Shown one piece after another: positions 5,047 to 13,408 of a stretch of DNA of 26,765 bases. How positions within the stretch are numbered: position 1 is the first letter of the stretch; every line of letters begins with the position of its first letter. A program made the position numbers and the translations under genes. Source of the stretch: a virus (lineage: Duplodnaviria; Caudoviricetes); IMG/VR virus record IMGVR_UViG_3300042400_000815, positions 1-26,765 of that record; one strand, written 5' to 3'. The notes under the pieces are model-generated. The model was not told the origin of the DNA. It saw only the letters and a program-made list of their open reading frames with translations, and made no database searches.

Positions 5047-7447
5047 TAGTAAGTACCCATATCAAATAGCCGACTCGTCTGTATTTTTAAATACGGATGA
5101 TGAGGACTTGTTTAAAATTGAAATACCCGTTCCAACTCCTGATCAATATTATAATCTTCCATATGAGGAGGCTATAAAAAAAATAGATGGCTACGGATCC
5201 TCTCCAGATAAGCAGAGATTTCAATATCAAGAGATGCCTTCTAAACTAAAGGACATTGAGGCTGTAATTAGAAAGAAGAAACAAATTAAACCGAAAGATG
5301 TAGTACGTCTTGAGGATATAGATGAGGAGTTGTTTAGTAATGCGGCATATTACTCCAAAGAAATTATTTGGATCAAGAAGCAAATTAGAAGGCACTACAA
5401 AGGTTACTTCTTTTTTAACAATGGTAAGCCTACCTACATACCAGGGTGTATGTATACATACTTAAACTTCTGGCCAATTGGTAATCCTAAAAATAAGGAT
5501 GGCTTACCTGAATATAGAGATAGAGATAGAAGATGGTTTGCAGGTGTAATGTATTCATACACAACACGTGATGGTGTATTTAAATTTAAGGTGGTTTATA
5601 CAGATGGTAGTGAATCATTTGTTAGATACTTTAATAACAAGAAAAGTGTTGATGAGTTTAAAGAGATTAATCCTCAGTGCTATGTTGAGGAGGGTAACTT
5701 TATTGTTGATACTGGAGAGAGAACGATGTACGGAGTTATCTACCCTAAACACCGAAGAGAAGGTGCCACATCGCGTGCAGGATTTTTAAATTGGTATGTA
5801 ACGGCAACCATGGGGATACAGCGTTTTGGTGGTATTCAAAGTATGTCAGATTATCACTCCACTCAAGTATTTGTGGATCACATAGCCAAGCGTCTAAGAA
5901 GGATGCCTTTCTTCTTTAAGTTAATGACAGAAGGATCTTCTGTTCCAAAGGAGGCTATCCAGTTTACAGCACCTGCAAACAGAACGGCAGGAGGTGTAGG
6001 TACAACTTCTCTCCCTCCACACGAGGGTTGGATTAATCACCGACCATCAGGAGAGAGAGCATACGATATGGAGAAGCTTCACTTTATTCACCATGATGAG
6101 GTGGGTAAGGTAGATCCTAAAAATGGTATTAATGTTAATATCATTGATAGGTGGAGGGTTGTTATGAAGTGTCTTGCACAAGGACCATACATACACGGCC
6201 TTGGTCTTTTAACATCTACCTTAGGGGAGATGGAAAAGGGTGGTGGTGATCAAATGAAGCGACTTATTCTTGCCTCTAAATTTGAATCTCGAAATGATAA
6301 CGGGCAAACAGCCTCAGGTTTATTTACAATATTTTTCCCTGCATATGATGGACTTGATGGTTTTATTGATGAATTTGGCAATTCCATTGTTGACGATCCT
6401 AAAAGACCTGTTAAGAATAGTGATGGCCGTATGGTTTCTATTGGGGCTAAAACATATTTGCAAAACAAGAGAAAATCATTTGAGGCAAGTGATGATCAAA
6501 CGGGTTTAATTGAGGAGATGCAGAACTTTCCATTTACATTGAAGGAGTGTTTTATGTCAGCATCTAAAGACTCCTCATTCCCTGTGTTGAAGATTAGAAG
6601 AAGAATTAGTGAGCTTACATTCCAGCCTCACTTAACAAGAAGATATAACTTTGAATGGGAATCAGGACGTGGATCACGTGTTATATTGAAAGAAACAGAA
6701 GAGGGTAAATTTATTATATCTCACCTTCCTCCTCATGGACTCCGCAATTTAAAGGAGTGGGATACAGACACCGAATCATGGAGACCATCATGGAATGTAA
6801 TGAATAGATATGTATTAGGGGCCGATCCAGCTAAATATGAGACTCATGAGGTAAGTGGTAAAAAGAAGTCATACCACGCAGGAGCCATGTTCTATAAAAG
6901 AGATATGTCTACTGATGGAGATAATGGCACTGAAATAAAATTGCGTAGTCAATGGAATAGTGATAAATTTGTACTTACTTACAAACAAAGAGATGTAGGT
7001 AGAGAGGAGTATGCTGATGATATGGCGAAGGCTTGTGTATTTTACGGAGCTATGTTATACCCTGAGATGAATATTACTCACCTCTACGAACACTTCTTAG
7101 AGTGGAAGCTAAGTGGTTACCTATTATACGATATGAATGAGCAGGGAGAGAAGAAGCCATTGCCTGGTAGGATTACCACGGATGGCTCTAATAACTCAGC
7201 AAAGCAGGATATATTTGATACATGGGAGCAATACTTAAAGGATGGATGTGAGTATGAGAATCATATTGAAATTTTAGAAGAAACGGCAAATATTGACGGG
7301 AGAGCAGAGATGACAAAGTACGATATTTTTACAGCTGGAGGCTATGCACTTTTGGGAAGTAAGTCATTATACCCTAAATTTGTAGAAATGAATGAACAAG
7401 CTTCTAAAATTGATGGTGATTTATTTGGTACTTTTGATTACTTTTGA
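5039..7447 (+). CDS. terL: Terminase large subunit (crAss-like / Bacteroidota phage type)
   Basis: Walker A-like PKHRREGAT, Walker B FIHHDEVGK, coupling motif LTST, RNase H-like nuclease VLGADP...LYPEMN...KYDIFTAGG; precedes the portal gene. Confidence 0.92.
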   Translation: MRDSKYPYQIADSSVFLNTDDEDLFKIEIPVPTPDQYYNLPYEEAIKKIDGYGSSPDKQRFQYQEMPSKLKDIEAVIRKKKQIKPKDVVRLEDIDEELFSNAAYYSKEIIWIKKQIRRHYKGYFFFNNGKPTYIPGCMYTYLNFWPIGNPKNKDGLPEYRDRDRRWFAGVMYSYTTRDGVFKFKVVYTDGSESFVRYFNNKKSVDEFKEINPQCYVEEGNFIVDTGERTMYGVIYPKHRREGATSRAGFLNWYVTATMGIQRFGGIQSMSDYHSTQVFVDHIAKRLRRMPFFFKLMTEGSSVPKEAIQFTAPANRTAGGVGTTSLPPHEGWINHRPSGERAYDMEKLHFIHHDEVGKVDPKNGINVNIIDRWRVVMKCLAQGPYIHGLGLLTSTLGEMEKGGGDQMKRLILASKFESRNDNGQTASGLFTIFFPAYDGLDGFIDEFGNSIVDDPKRPVKNSDGRMVSIGAKTYLQNKRKSFEASDDQTGLIEEMQNFPFTLKECFMSASKDSSFPVLKIRRRISELTFQPHLTRRYNFEWESGRGSRVILKETEEGKFIISHLPPHGLRNLKEWDTDTESWRPSWNVMNRYVLGADPAKYETHEVSGKKKSYHAGAMFYKRDMSTDGDNGTEIKLRSQWNSDKFVLTYKQRDVGREEYADDMAKACVFYGAMLYPEMNITHLYEHFLEWKLSGYLLYDMNEQGEKKPLPGRITTDGSNNSAKQDIFDTWEQYLKDGCEYENHIEILEETANIDGRAEMTKYDIFTAGGYALLGSKSLYPKFVEMNEQASKIDGDLFGTFDYF

Positions 7448-7457
7448 TTATTAAAAT

Positions 7458-9791
7458 ATGAACGAATATACTGTACTTTGGCCTAGGGATGATATCGATC
7501 CTAAGAAAAAGAATAACAACTGGTTATCTCAAGTGGGCCGTGCCATTTTTTATCGTTATGAAAATAACAAAACGTACTACAGTCGACATGACCTTGCGCG
7601 TTTATTTGAAATAAAAAATTATTCTGAAGGGAGACAAAGTCCTCAGAAATATATTGACATGTGGGCTAGCCGTGGGGATGAGAAGACCAAGGGTGCAAAT
7701 ACGGGTTTAAACATGGCTAATGCCCGTGGTAAACGTAAAGGATATGCAAATATTGACTTTACTCCATTCTCTATGGCTCCTGAGATCAAGAGAATTATCA
7801 TGTCTGTATTAGGCACAGAGAATCAGAGAATACAAATAGACTCTATTAATCCAGACGCTCGCAATCAAAGAGCATTAAAGAAGTACCAATTATATATTAA
7901 GAGTAAGTTAGATCCGATCTTAAGAAAAATAGGTAAACCTCAAGTATCTGAGAATGAATTTGTTCCTGAAAACATTACAGAATTAGAGCTATACGAAACT
8001 CTTGGTGGCTTTAAATTAAACTTTGAGATTGGTATAGAAAAACTTGCTGAGTTCGGTTTAAAAAATAGTGATTGGACAAAGATTGAGCGTCAACTTAAGG
8101 ATGATGCTATGAACTTTGGATTCGTTGTAGTTAAGGATTATACTGATCCTGACACAGGAATGGCAAAGGTTAAATATATTGACGTAACTAAATTTGTTTG
8201 CGCTTGGACTGACGAGAGTCAAGGTGATAACAGTCCTTTCGGAGGTCACTTCCAAAAATATAGTTTACCTGAAGTTCGTAAGATTCTCCTTCAAAACGGA
8301 TACTCAGAAGATGAGACTGAAGGTCTTGTATCAAAGATTGCTAAGTGGTCTTACGATACTGTTTACGCTAATGATAGATACGGATGGTCTTGGTACTCAC
8401 AAAGAGATACCATTACAGATCGTATGCGTTACGATGATTTCTTTGTTGACGTTCTTGAGTTTGAATATATATCTAAAGACAGTAATTTCTTCAAGAAAAG
8501 ATATAGAGATGGAAGTGTTCAGTTTTATAAGGATATGTTCGGAGATGTTGTAAATACAGATAAGAAGAAAACAGTAGTTGTTGACGGCCATTTTATATAC
8601 GAAGGTTATTTCTTGCCTGGTGCCAACATCACTGTGGGTGGTAAGCAAAAGAATATGAAGAGGGTTAATAAGCAAAAGCCACAACTCTCTTATCGCTTCC
8701 TTAGAGTTCCAGGTAAATCTATTACAGAGACGGCAATGCCTATCTATGACTCAATGCAAATTAATCACCTTAAGTTGCAAGCTGCTAAATTAGCTGCTGC
8801 TCCTAAAGGTATTGCAATTGATGTAGGTGCATTAAATATTAACAGTATTGCTGGTACCATGTTTACTCCATTTGATCTTGTTCAAGTTTACTCGCAAACG
8901 GGTAATTTCTTCTACAAGTCTTCAATCTTAGGCGGTAAGGTAAACACTTCTCGCTCATTTGAAGAATTAGAGGGTGGTATTGGTAAGCAATTAGCGGAAT
9001 GGATTACAGCGTATCAGCATGATGTAGAAAAGTTATTACAGATTACAGGTATTACTCCAACAATGGCAGGATCTCCTGCAAAAGGTGATAAGCTAGTTGG
9101 TATTGCAGAACTTGAGGTTGAGGCTACTAATAACGCTCTATGGCCGTTACAACAAGCTATCGAGCAATTGAAAATTAAAGCCGCTGAGAATATTATTCTC
9201 CGTGCCTTAACTACAATGAGATACGACAAAGCTACAAGAGATTATTACAGCGGTGTATTTGGTCAAGCTTCTGTAGACGCTATGATGACAGGTGCTGAAA
9301 TGACTCTTGACGAGCTAGGTCTTTCTCTATCAAATAAAGTTTCTCAAACACAGAAATTTAAGATCATGGAGGCGGCAGAGACTGCGCTTAAGGTAGGTCG
9401 TAATGGAATGCCTGAGATTGAACTCGCTGATTACACTATGATCATTGAAATGTTAGAGAAGGGTAGAATCAAAGAGGCTACCTGGTACTTAAACTACAAG
9501 TCTGCTAAGAAGAGAAAGTATAATGATGAGATGGCGGCTCAGAATCAACAGGCGCAATCACAGTCATTAATTGATCTTGAAAGAGCTAAGTTGGACGCTG
9601 AATTAGCCAAAATAGATGCTAAGAAAAACGCTACAATTGAGCAAGAAACAGTTCTCTCTCAACTTAGAATACAGGAGATACAGGCTATGCAGGCCGCTAA
9701 GACAGAAGGTAATCTTGCCGAGTTAAAGACGGAGGCATTCCTTCAAGAACAGACGGGAACAGAGATTACAGGCTCGATGAGAAAAAAATAA
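7458..9791 (+). CDS. Portal protein (large, crAss-like type)
   Basis: 777 aa directly after TerL; motifs P-x-YD-x-MQI-x-HLKLQ and ITGITP, with a Q/A-rich C-terminal coiled coil typical of podoviral portals. Confidence 0.85.
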   Translation: MNEYTVLWPRDDIDPKKKNNNWLSQVGRAIFYRYENNKTYYSRHDLARLFEIKNYSEGRQSPQKYIDMWASRGDEKTKGANTGLNMANARGKRKGYANIDFTPFSMAPEIKRIIMSVLGTENQRIQIDSINPDARNQRALKKYQLYIKSKLDPILRKIGKPQVSENEFVPENITELELYETLGGFKLNFEIGIEKLAEFGLKNSDWTKIERQLKDDAMNFGFVVVKDYTDPDTGMAKVKYIDVTKFVCAWTDESQGDNSPFGGHFQKYSLPEVRKILLQNGYSEDETEGLVSKIAKWSYDTVYANDRYGWSWYSQRDTITDRMRYDDFFVDVLEFEYISKDSNFFKKRYRDGSVQFYKDMFGDVVNTDKKKTVVVDGHFIYEGYFLPGANITVGGKQKNMKRVNKQKPQLSYRFLRVPGKSITETAMPIYDSMQINHLKLQAAKLAAAPKGIAIDVGALNINSIAGTMFTPFDLVQVYSQTGNFFYKSSILGGKVNTSRSFEELEGGIGKQLAEWITAYQHDVEKLLQITGITPTMAGSPAKGDKLVGIAELEVEATNNALWPLQQAIEQLKIKAAENIILRALTTMRYDKATRDYYSGVFGQASVDAMMTGAEMTLDELGLSLSNKVSQTQKFKIMEAAETALKVGRNGMPEIELADYTMIIEMLEKGRIKEATWYLNYKSAKKRKYNDEMAAQNQQAQSQSLIDLERAKLDAELAKIDAKKNATIEQETVLSQLRIQEIQAMQAAKTEGNLAELKTEAFLQEQTGTEITGSMRKK

Positions 9792-9817
9792 AATAACAAC
9801 ACACAAATAACACACGT

Positions 9818-10897
9818 ATGGAAAATGAAATGAAAGCTACCAGCATCTTTGATGCCTTGGGGGTACAGGATGAAAACAAAGTAGATTTAGGAAGTACACC
9901 TGAATTTACTCCAAGTACAGATGGCAGTGAGGGTTCTTCAAGTGCGGCACCAGAAGCGGTAGAAGAGCCTACATTTAAAGCCTCTGATTTAAAAGCTATC
10001 TTTGGAGATTTTGAATCAATTGATTCTATCAAAGAGAAGTACATGACCATTGAGGAGCGTGCTAAAAAGTTTGATGAGTTTGAGCCTTATATTTCAGAGA
10101 GAGAAACTCTTGTTAAAGAATTAGAGTCTCCTTTTGCAAATGAAAAGCTAGCTAACTTAAATGCCTTTATCAAAACCACAGGCATTAATGATTTAGATGT
10201 TGCCAATAAATTTGTTGGAAAAACAGCCTCTGATATGCGTCAAAGTCCTATTCAAACGATGGCACTTGCTGAGGTTATTAAAGATCCTTCTCTTCTTGAA
10301 GATTTAACTTTCGATGAGATTTGTGAGACCATCGCAGAGGAGAATAACACCTATGTTGATGCCTCTAGTGAGGACATTCCTAAGACAATGAAGATGAAAT
10401 TAGGAAAAAACATTTCTATTGTAGAAGAAAAATTAAAAAATATTGGTGAGAATAAAGATTTTATTGCATCTTTGCGAGAACAAATTAACACTCAAAAAGA
10501 GGGTGTTAACAAGTTAGTTAGTGATTGGAAGCCAATTGTAACAGAGGCATCAAAGATTAACGAACTTGACATTGAGATTGATGGTTTAAAAGTAAAGACT
10601 TCGGTGTCGGAGGAGACTAGAACTATAATCAATCAAGAGGTCATGGGAATTATTTCTTCGAACCCTTTACCTGCTAATGAACAAAATATGGATGCTATAA
10701 ATATGTACATCCGCACACGTGCCGAGGCACTTGAGGCGAAGAATGTATATAAAGCTCTAATAACCGCTGTGAGAGGGGAGGCCCAAGAAGCAGCTCTTAG
10801 AGAGTTCCATAATGGATCAGAAGTGGTTAAGCACGAGAAACCTGACGCTAAGTCTGAAAAGTCTCAATTACAAAGGTACTTCGAGTCACAACAATAA
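9818..10897 (+). CDS. Capsid scaffolding / assembly protein (putative)
   Basis: Acidic, helical, disordered N-terminus; located between portal and major capsid protein. Confidence 0.6.
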   Translation: MENEMKATSIFDALGVQDENKVDLGSTPEFTPSTDGSEGSSSAAPEAVEEPTFKASDLKAIFGDFESIDSIKEKYMTIEERAKKFDEFEPYISERETLVKELESPFANEKLANLNAFIKTTGINDLDVANKFVGKTASDMRQSPIQTMALAEVIKDPSLLEDLTFDEICETIAEENNTYVDASSEDIPKTMKMKLGKNISIVEEKLKNIGENKDFIASLREQINTQKEGVNKLVSDWKPIVTEASKINELDIEIDGLKVKTSVSEETRTIINQEVMGIISSNPLPANEQNMDAINMYIRTRAEALEAKNVYKALITAVRGEAQEAALREFHNGSEVVKHEKPDAKSEKSQLQRYFESQQ

Positions 10898-10931
10898 AAA
10901 AGTGATTTATAAATTTTAAACATTTACTACA

Positions 10932-12368
10932 ATGGCAAATACATTTGCTCCTGTTTCGGGTGAAGGTTTAAATGGCGGTCTGTTATCGTTATTTGACGCT
11001 TCATACACAAGTGGACTTTTGGTTCCACACTATTTACGTACCTTGAAAAACAAGTACGGTGACAACGGTCTTTCTGACTTCCAACTTTTGATGGGATTAG
11101 GAATGAAGCGTGGTGTTCAAAACATCACTGGATGGCACTGGGAGAAAGGTTTCTACGATGCTGCTGTAAGTGGTGTTGTACAATCATCTCCAACTAGCAA
11201 CCAAGCTGTTATTCGTGTTGAAGGTGAAACAATCAATAGCGTTGACATCAACTTGATTTATTCAAAAGTTGGTCAAGTAGTTATGATTGCTACTGAGTCT
11301 ACTCTTCCTTTAGCTCGTGTATCTAATGTTGCAAAAGTTGCATCTTCAGATGATTATTTGGTTACATTAGACGCTGTTGTTGCTGGATCTCTTTCTGTAT
11401 TATCAGCAACTGAAGTTCATACAATTATTGTTGTAGGTTCTGCATGGGCTGAAGGTTCAGATCAACCAACTTCATCTCAGTCTTTCTGGACTAAGTACAA
11501 CTGGCAGACTCAAATCTTCAAGGAGACTTACGAATTGACTGGTACTCAAAAAACTAACGCCCCTCAATTCATGGAAGTTGAGTACGGTGATGGTCGTACT
11601 AAGAAAATGAACGGTTTCTTCTACGAAGGTCAGGACGAAGCTGAATATCGTTTGATTAAGCAAATCGCTTTATCAATGATCTTTGGTCAAGCTCAAACTA
11701 ACGCTGCTGTTCCACAAACTTTCTCTGGTCTTGATGCTGAGATTGGCGCAAGAGGATATACTGCTGAGATTGGAGCTGCTGCTGGTGACTTTGGTGTTGA
11801 TGACTTGCGTACTATTGCTACGGAAATGTCTAAGCGTTATTCTAGCAACTTGTTCTTGACTTGGTTAACTCAAGAGTTGTACTCTGAAATCAACCAAGAT
11901 GCTCAAGATACTGGTTACTTTGCTAATGCTAACGTAAACGCATTGAACTCTTCTGTTGCCGATGTATTCTTCGGTGGAAATATGAGTGATGTTGAAGCGT
12001 TAACAGGTACATTAACTTACCAAGGTTTGATCGTTGATGGATACAACTTCATGTTGAAGCAAGCTCGTTTCATGCAAGATCCAACTACTTTGGCTGCTAG
12101 TGGAGTAAGCGATTCTTTACGCAGACGTGGATGGGTTATTCCATTGAACAAGATGGCTGATGCTGAAGGTGTTCTTCGCAACCGTATCGAGATGGTTTAC
12201 AAGGAAATGAATGGCTATAGCCGCTTCATGGAGATCACTGACGATGGACGTGCTTCTGCTCGTAAGATCGGACCAAGTGACGTTGCTAAACTTTACTTGT
12301 CTTCAGACATCGGATTTGACTTCTTTGTATTGGAGCAATTCACTAAACTTAGCCCAGTAAATCCATAA
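10932..12368 (+). CDS. Major capsid protein (HK97 fold, crAss-like type)
   Basis: 478 aa; WHWEKG, VVGSAWAEGS, NWQTQIFKETYELTGT and FSGL patterns; strongly biased codon usage; followed by a strong terminator. Confidence 0.88.
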   Translation: MANTFAPVSGEGLNGGLLSLFDASYTSGLLVPHYLRTLKNKYGDNGLSDFQLLMGLGMKRGVQNITGWHWEKGFYDAAVSGVVQSSPTSNQAVIRVEGETINSVDINLIYSKVGQVVMIATESTLPLARVSNVAKVASSDDYLVTLDAVVAGSLSVLSATEVHTIIVVGSAWAEGSDQPTSSQSFWTKYNWQTQIFKETYELTGTQKTNAPQFMEVEYGDGRTKKMNGFFYEGQDEAEYRLIKQIALSMIFGQAQTNAAVPQTFSGLDAEIGARGYTAEIGAAAGDFGVDDLRTIATEMSKRYSSNLFLTWLTQELYSEINQDAQDTGYFANANVNALNSSVADVFFGGNMSDVEALTGTLTYQGLIVDGYNFMLKQARFMQDPTTLAASGVSDSLRRRGWVIPLNKMADAEGVLRNRIEMVYKEMNGYSRFMEITDDGRASARKIGPSDVAKLYLSSDIGFDFFVLEQFTKLSPVNP

Positions 12369-12385
12369 TTTTTGGATTAATATAT

Positions 12386-12428
12386 AAAAAGGGGAGGCGA
12401 GTTTCTCCCTCCCTTTTTTTTCTTTTTT
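12386..12428 (+). terminator. Intrinsic terminator after the capsid gene
   Basis: GGGGAGG-C-GAG-TTT-CTC-CCTCCCT followed by a long T run. Confidence 0.85.
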
Positions 12429-12462
12429 ACACACATAAAAACAACACAAAAAAATACACACT

Positions 12463-13326
12463 ATGCTATTCATGGACGGTGAAAAATTCTCGCTTGATGC
12501 AGAGGATCTAAATCAATTAAAATCTGTATTTCCAGATTTTATGATTAAAAACAAAACTATTAGAATGACTCACAATGGAAATGCAGTAAGAAAATTGCAA
12601 ACTAATAATCCAGGTATGCCATTTGTTTTTGCAAAACCTAAACACGGAATGTTGCTGTTTCATAATTTTGTAGATCCCGTAACAGGGGAGCAAAGAGAAA
12701 TTCGTTATAGCGATGGTCCTCCTCAATTTAAGACTAATGGACGCAAAGTATTTGCAGCGAAATCCATGCCTATTGATTCTAATTTTGTTTTTGATCCACG
12801 TAGACACAAAGAATTGTTATGGTTTGTATATAACTTTAGTGGTCTTTTTGGTAATGGATTAAAAGGAAGACCTAACTCTCCTTATAAATTCATGATGCCA
12901 GAAAGAGAAGCTACAGAAAAAGCAAATTCTCAAATGGCAGAAGCTCGTGCTAAAGTAGCAATTGCAAACTTAACAAGAGAGCAATTAATTGACTTTGCTA
13001 AGAGTAATATAGTTGTTAATGCTGATGATACGAAAGAAGTTATTATTTCACGTATCTACACCATTATGGACAAGAACGCTGAATACCGTAACTATGTGAT
13101 TGACACTCTAACTCCTCCTCAAAACAATGAGATTCTTGAGATCATTGAGAAGGCATGGAACTTAGATCGTTTAGTTCCAAGCATGGACGGTACGCAGACA
13201 ATTTTGATTGTAAACGGCAAAGAAGTAACTCTTGCAGACCTTCCTGTAGACGATAAACAAGGACTGGCTGACTTCCTATCTAAGGATAAAAAAGCTTTAA
13301 ACCTTGTTAAGAAGGCAATTAGCTAA
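12463..13326 (+). CDS. Hypothetical protein of the capsid module, 287 aa
   Basis: Clean ORF right after the MCP terminator, with a CA-rich leader. A similar-sized gene follows the MCP in crAss-like capsid modules (synteny only). Confidence 0.65.
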   Translation: MLFMDGEKFSLDAEDLNQLKSVFPDFMIKNKTIRMTHNGNAVRKLQTNNPGMPFVFAKPKHGMLLFHNFVDPVTGEQREIRYSDGPPQFKTNGRKVFAAKSMPIDSNFVFDPRRHKELLWFVYNFSGLFGNGLKGRPNSPYKFMMPEREATEKANSQMAEARAKVAIANLTREQLIDFAKSNIVVNADDTKEVIISRIYTIMDKNAEYRNYVIDTLTPPQNNEILEIIEKAWNLDRLVPSMDGTQTILIVNGKEVTLADLPVDDKQGLADFLSKDKKALNLVKKAIS

Positions 13327-13346
13327 GAATATTTCATAAAAATCTG

Positions 13347-13379
13347 AAATGGGGTACAGTTTGTACCCTATTTTTTTTT
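13347..13379 (+). terminator. Intrinsic terminator
   Basis: AAATGGGGTACA-GTT-TGTACCCTATTT continuing into a T9 run. A TATCTTCG -7-like element overlaps its tail (13379-13386). Confidence 0.8.
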
Positions 13380-13408
13380 ATCTTCGTGGTATAATTCGTA
13401 ATAAAAAA

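Noticed and set aside
5039-7447. Intein or intron in TerL
   Set aside because: ORF is continuous; no Cys/Ser...His-Asn splice junctions or LAGLIDADG motifs seen.
10467-10474. Internal promoter for the capsid gene (CATCTTTG)
   Set aside because: Lacks the conserved TA, lies in coding sequence ~460 nt upstream and has no supporting -33 element.
12360-12378. Small hairpin AATCCA/TGGATT over the MCP stop as a read-through or frameshift signal
   Set aside because: Weak 6-bp stem, no slippery heptamer, and a strong terminator follows immediately.
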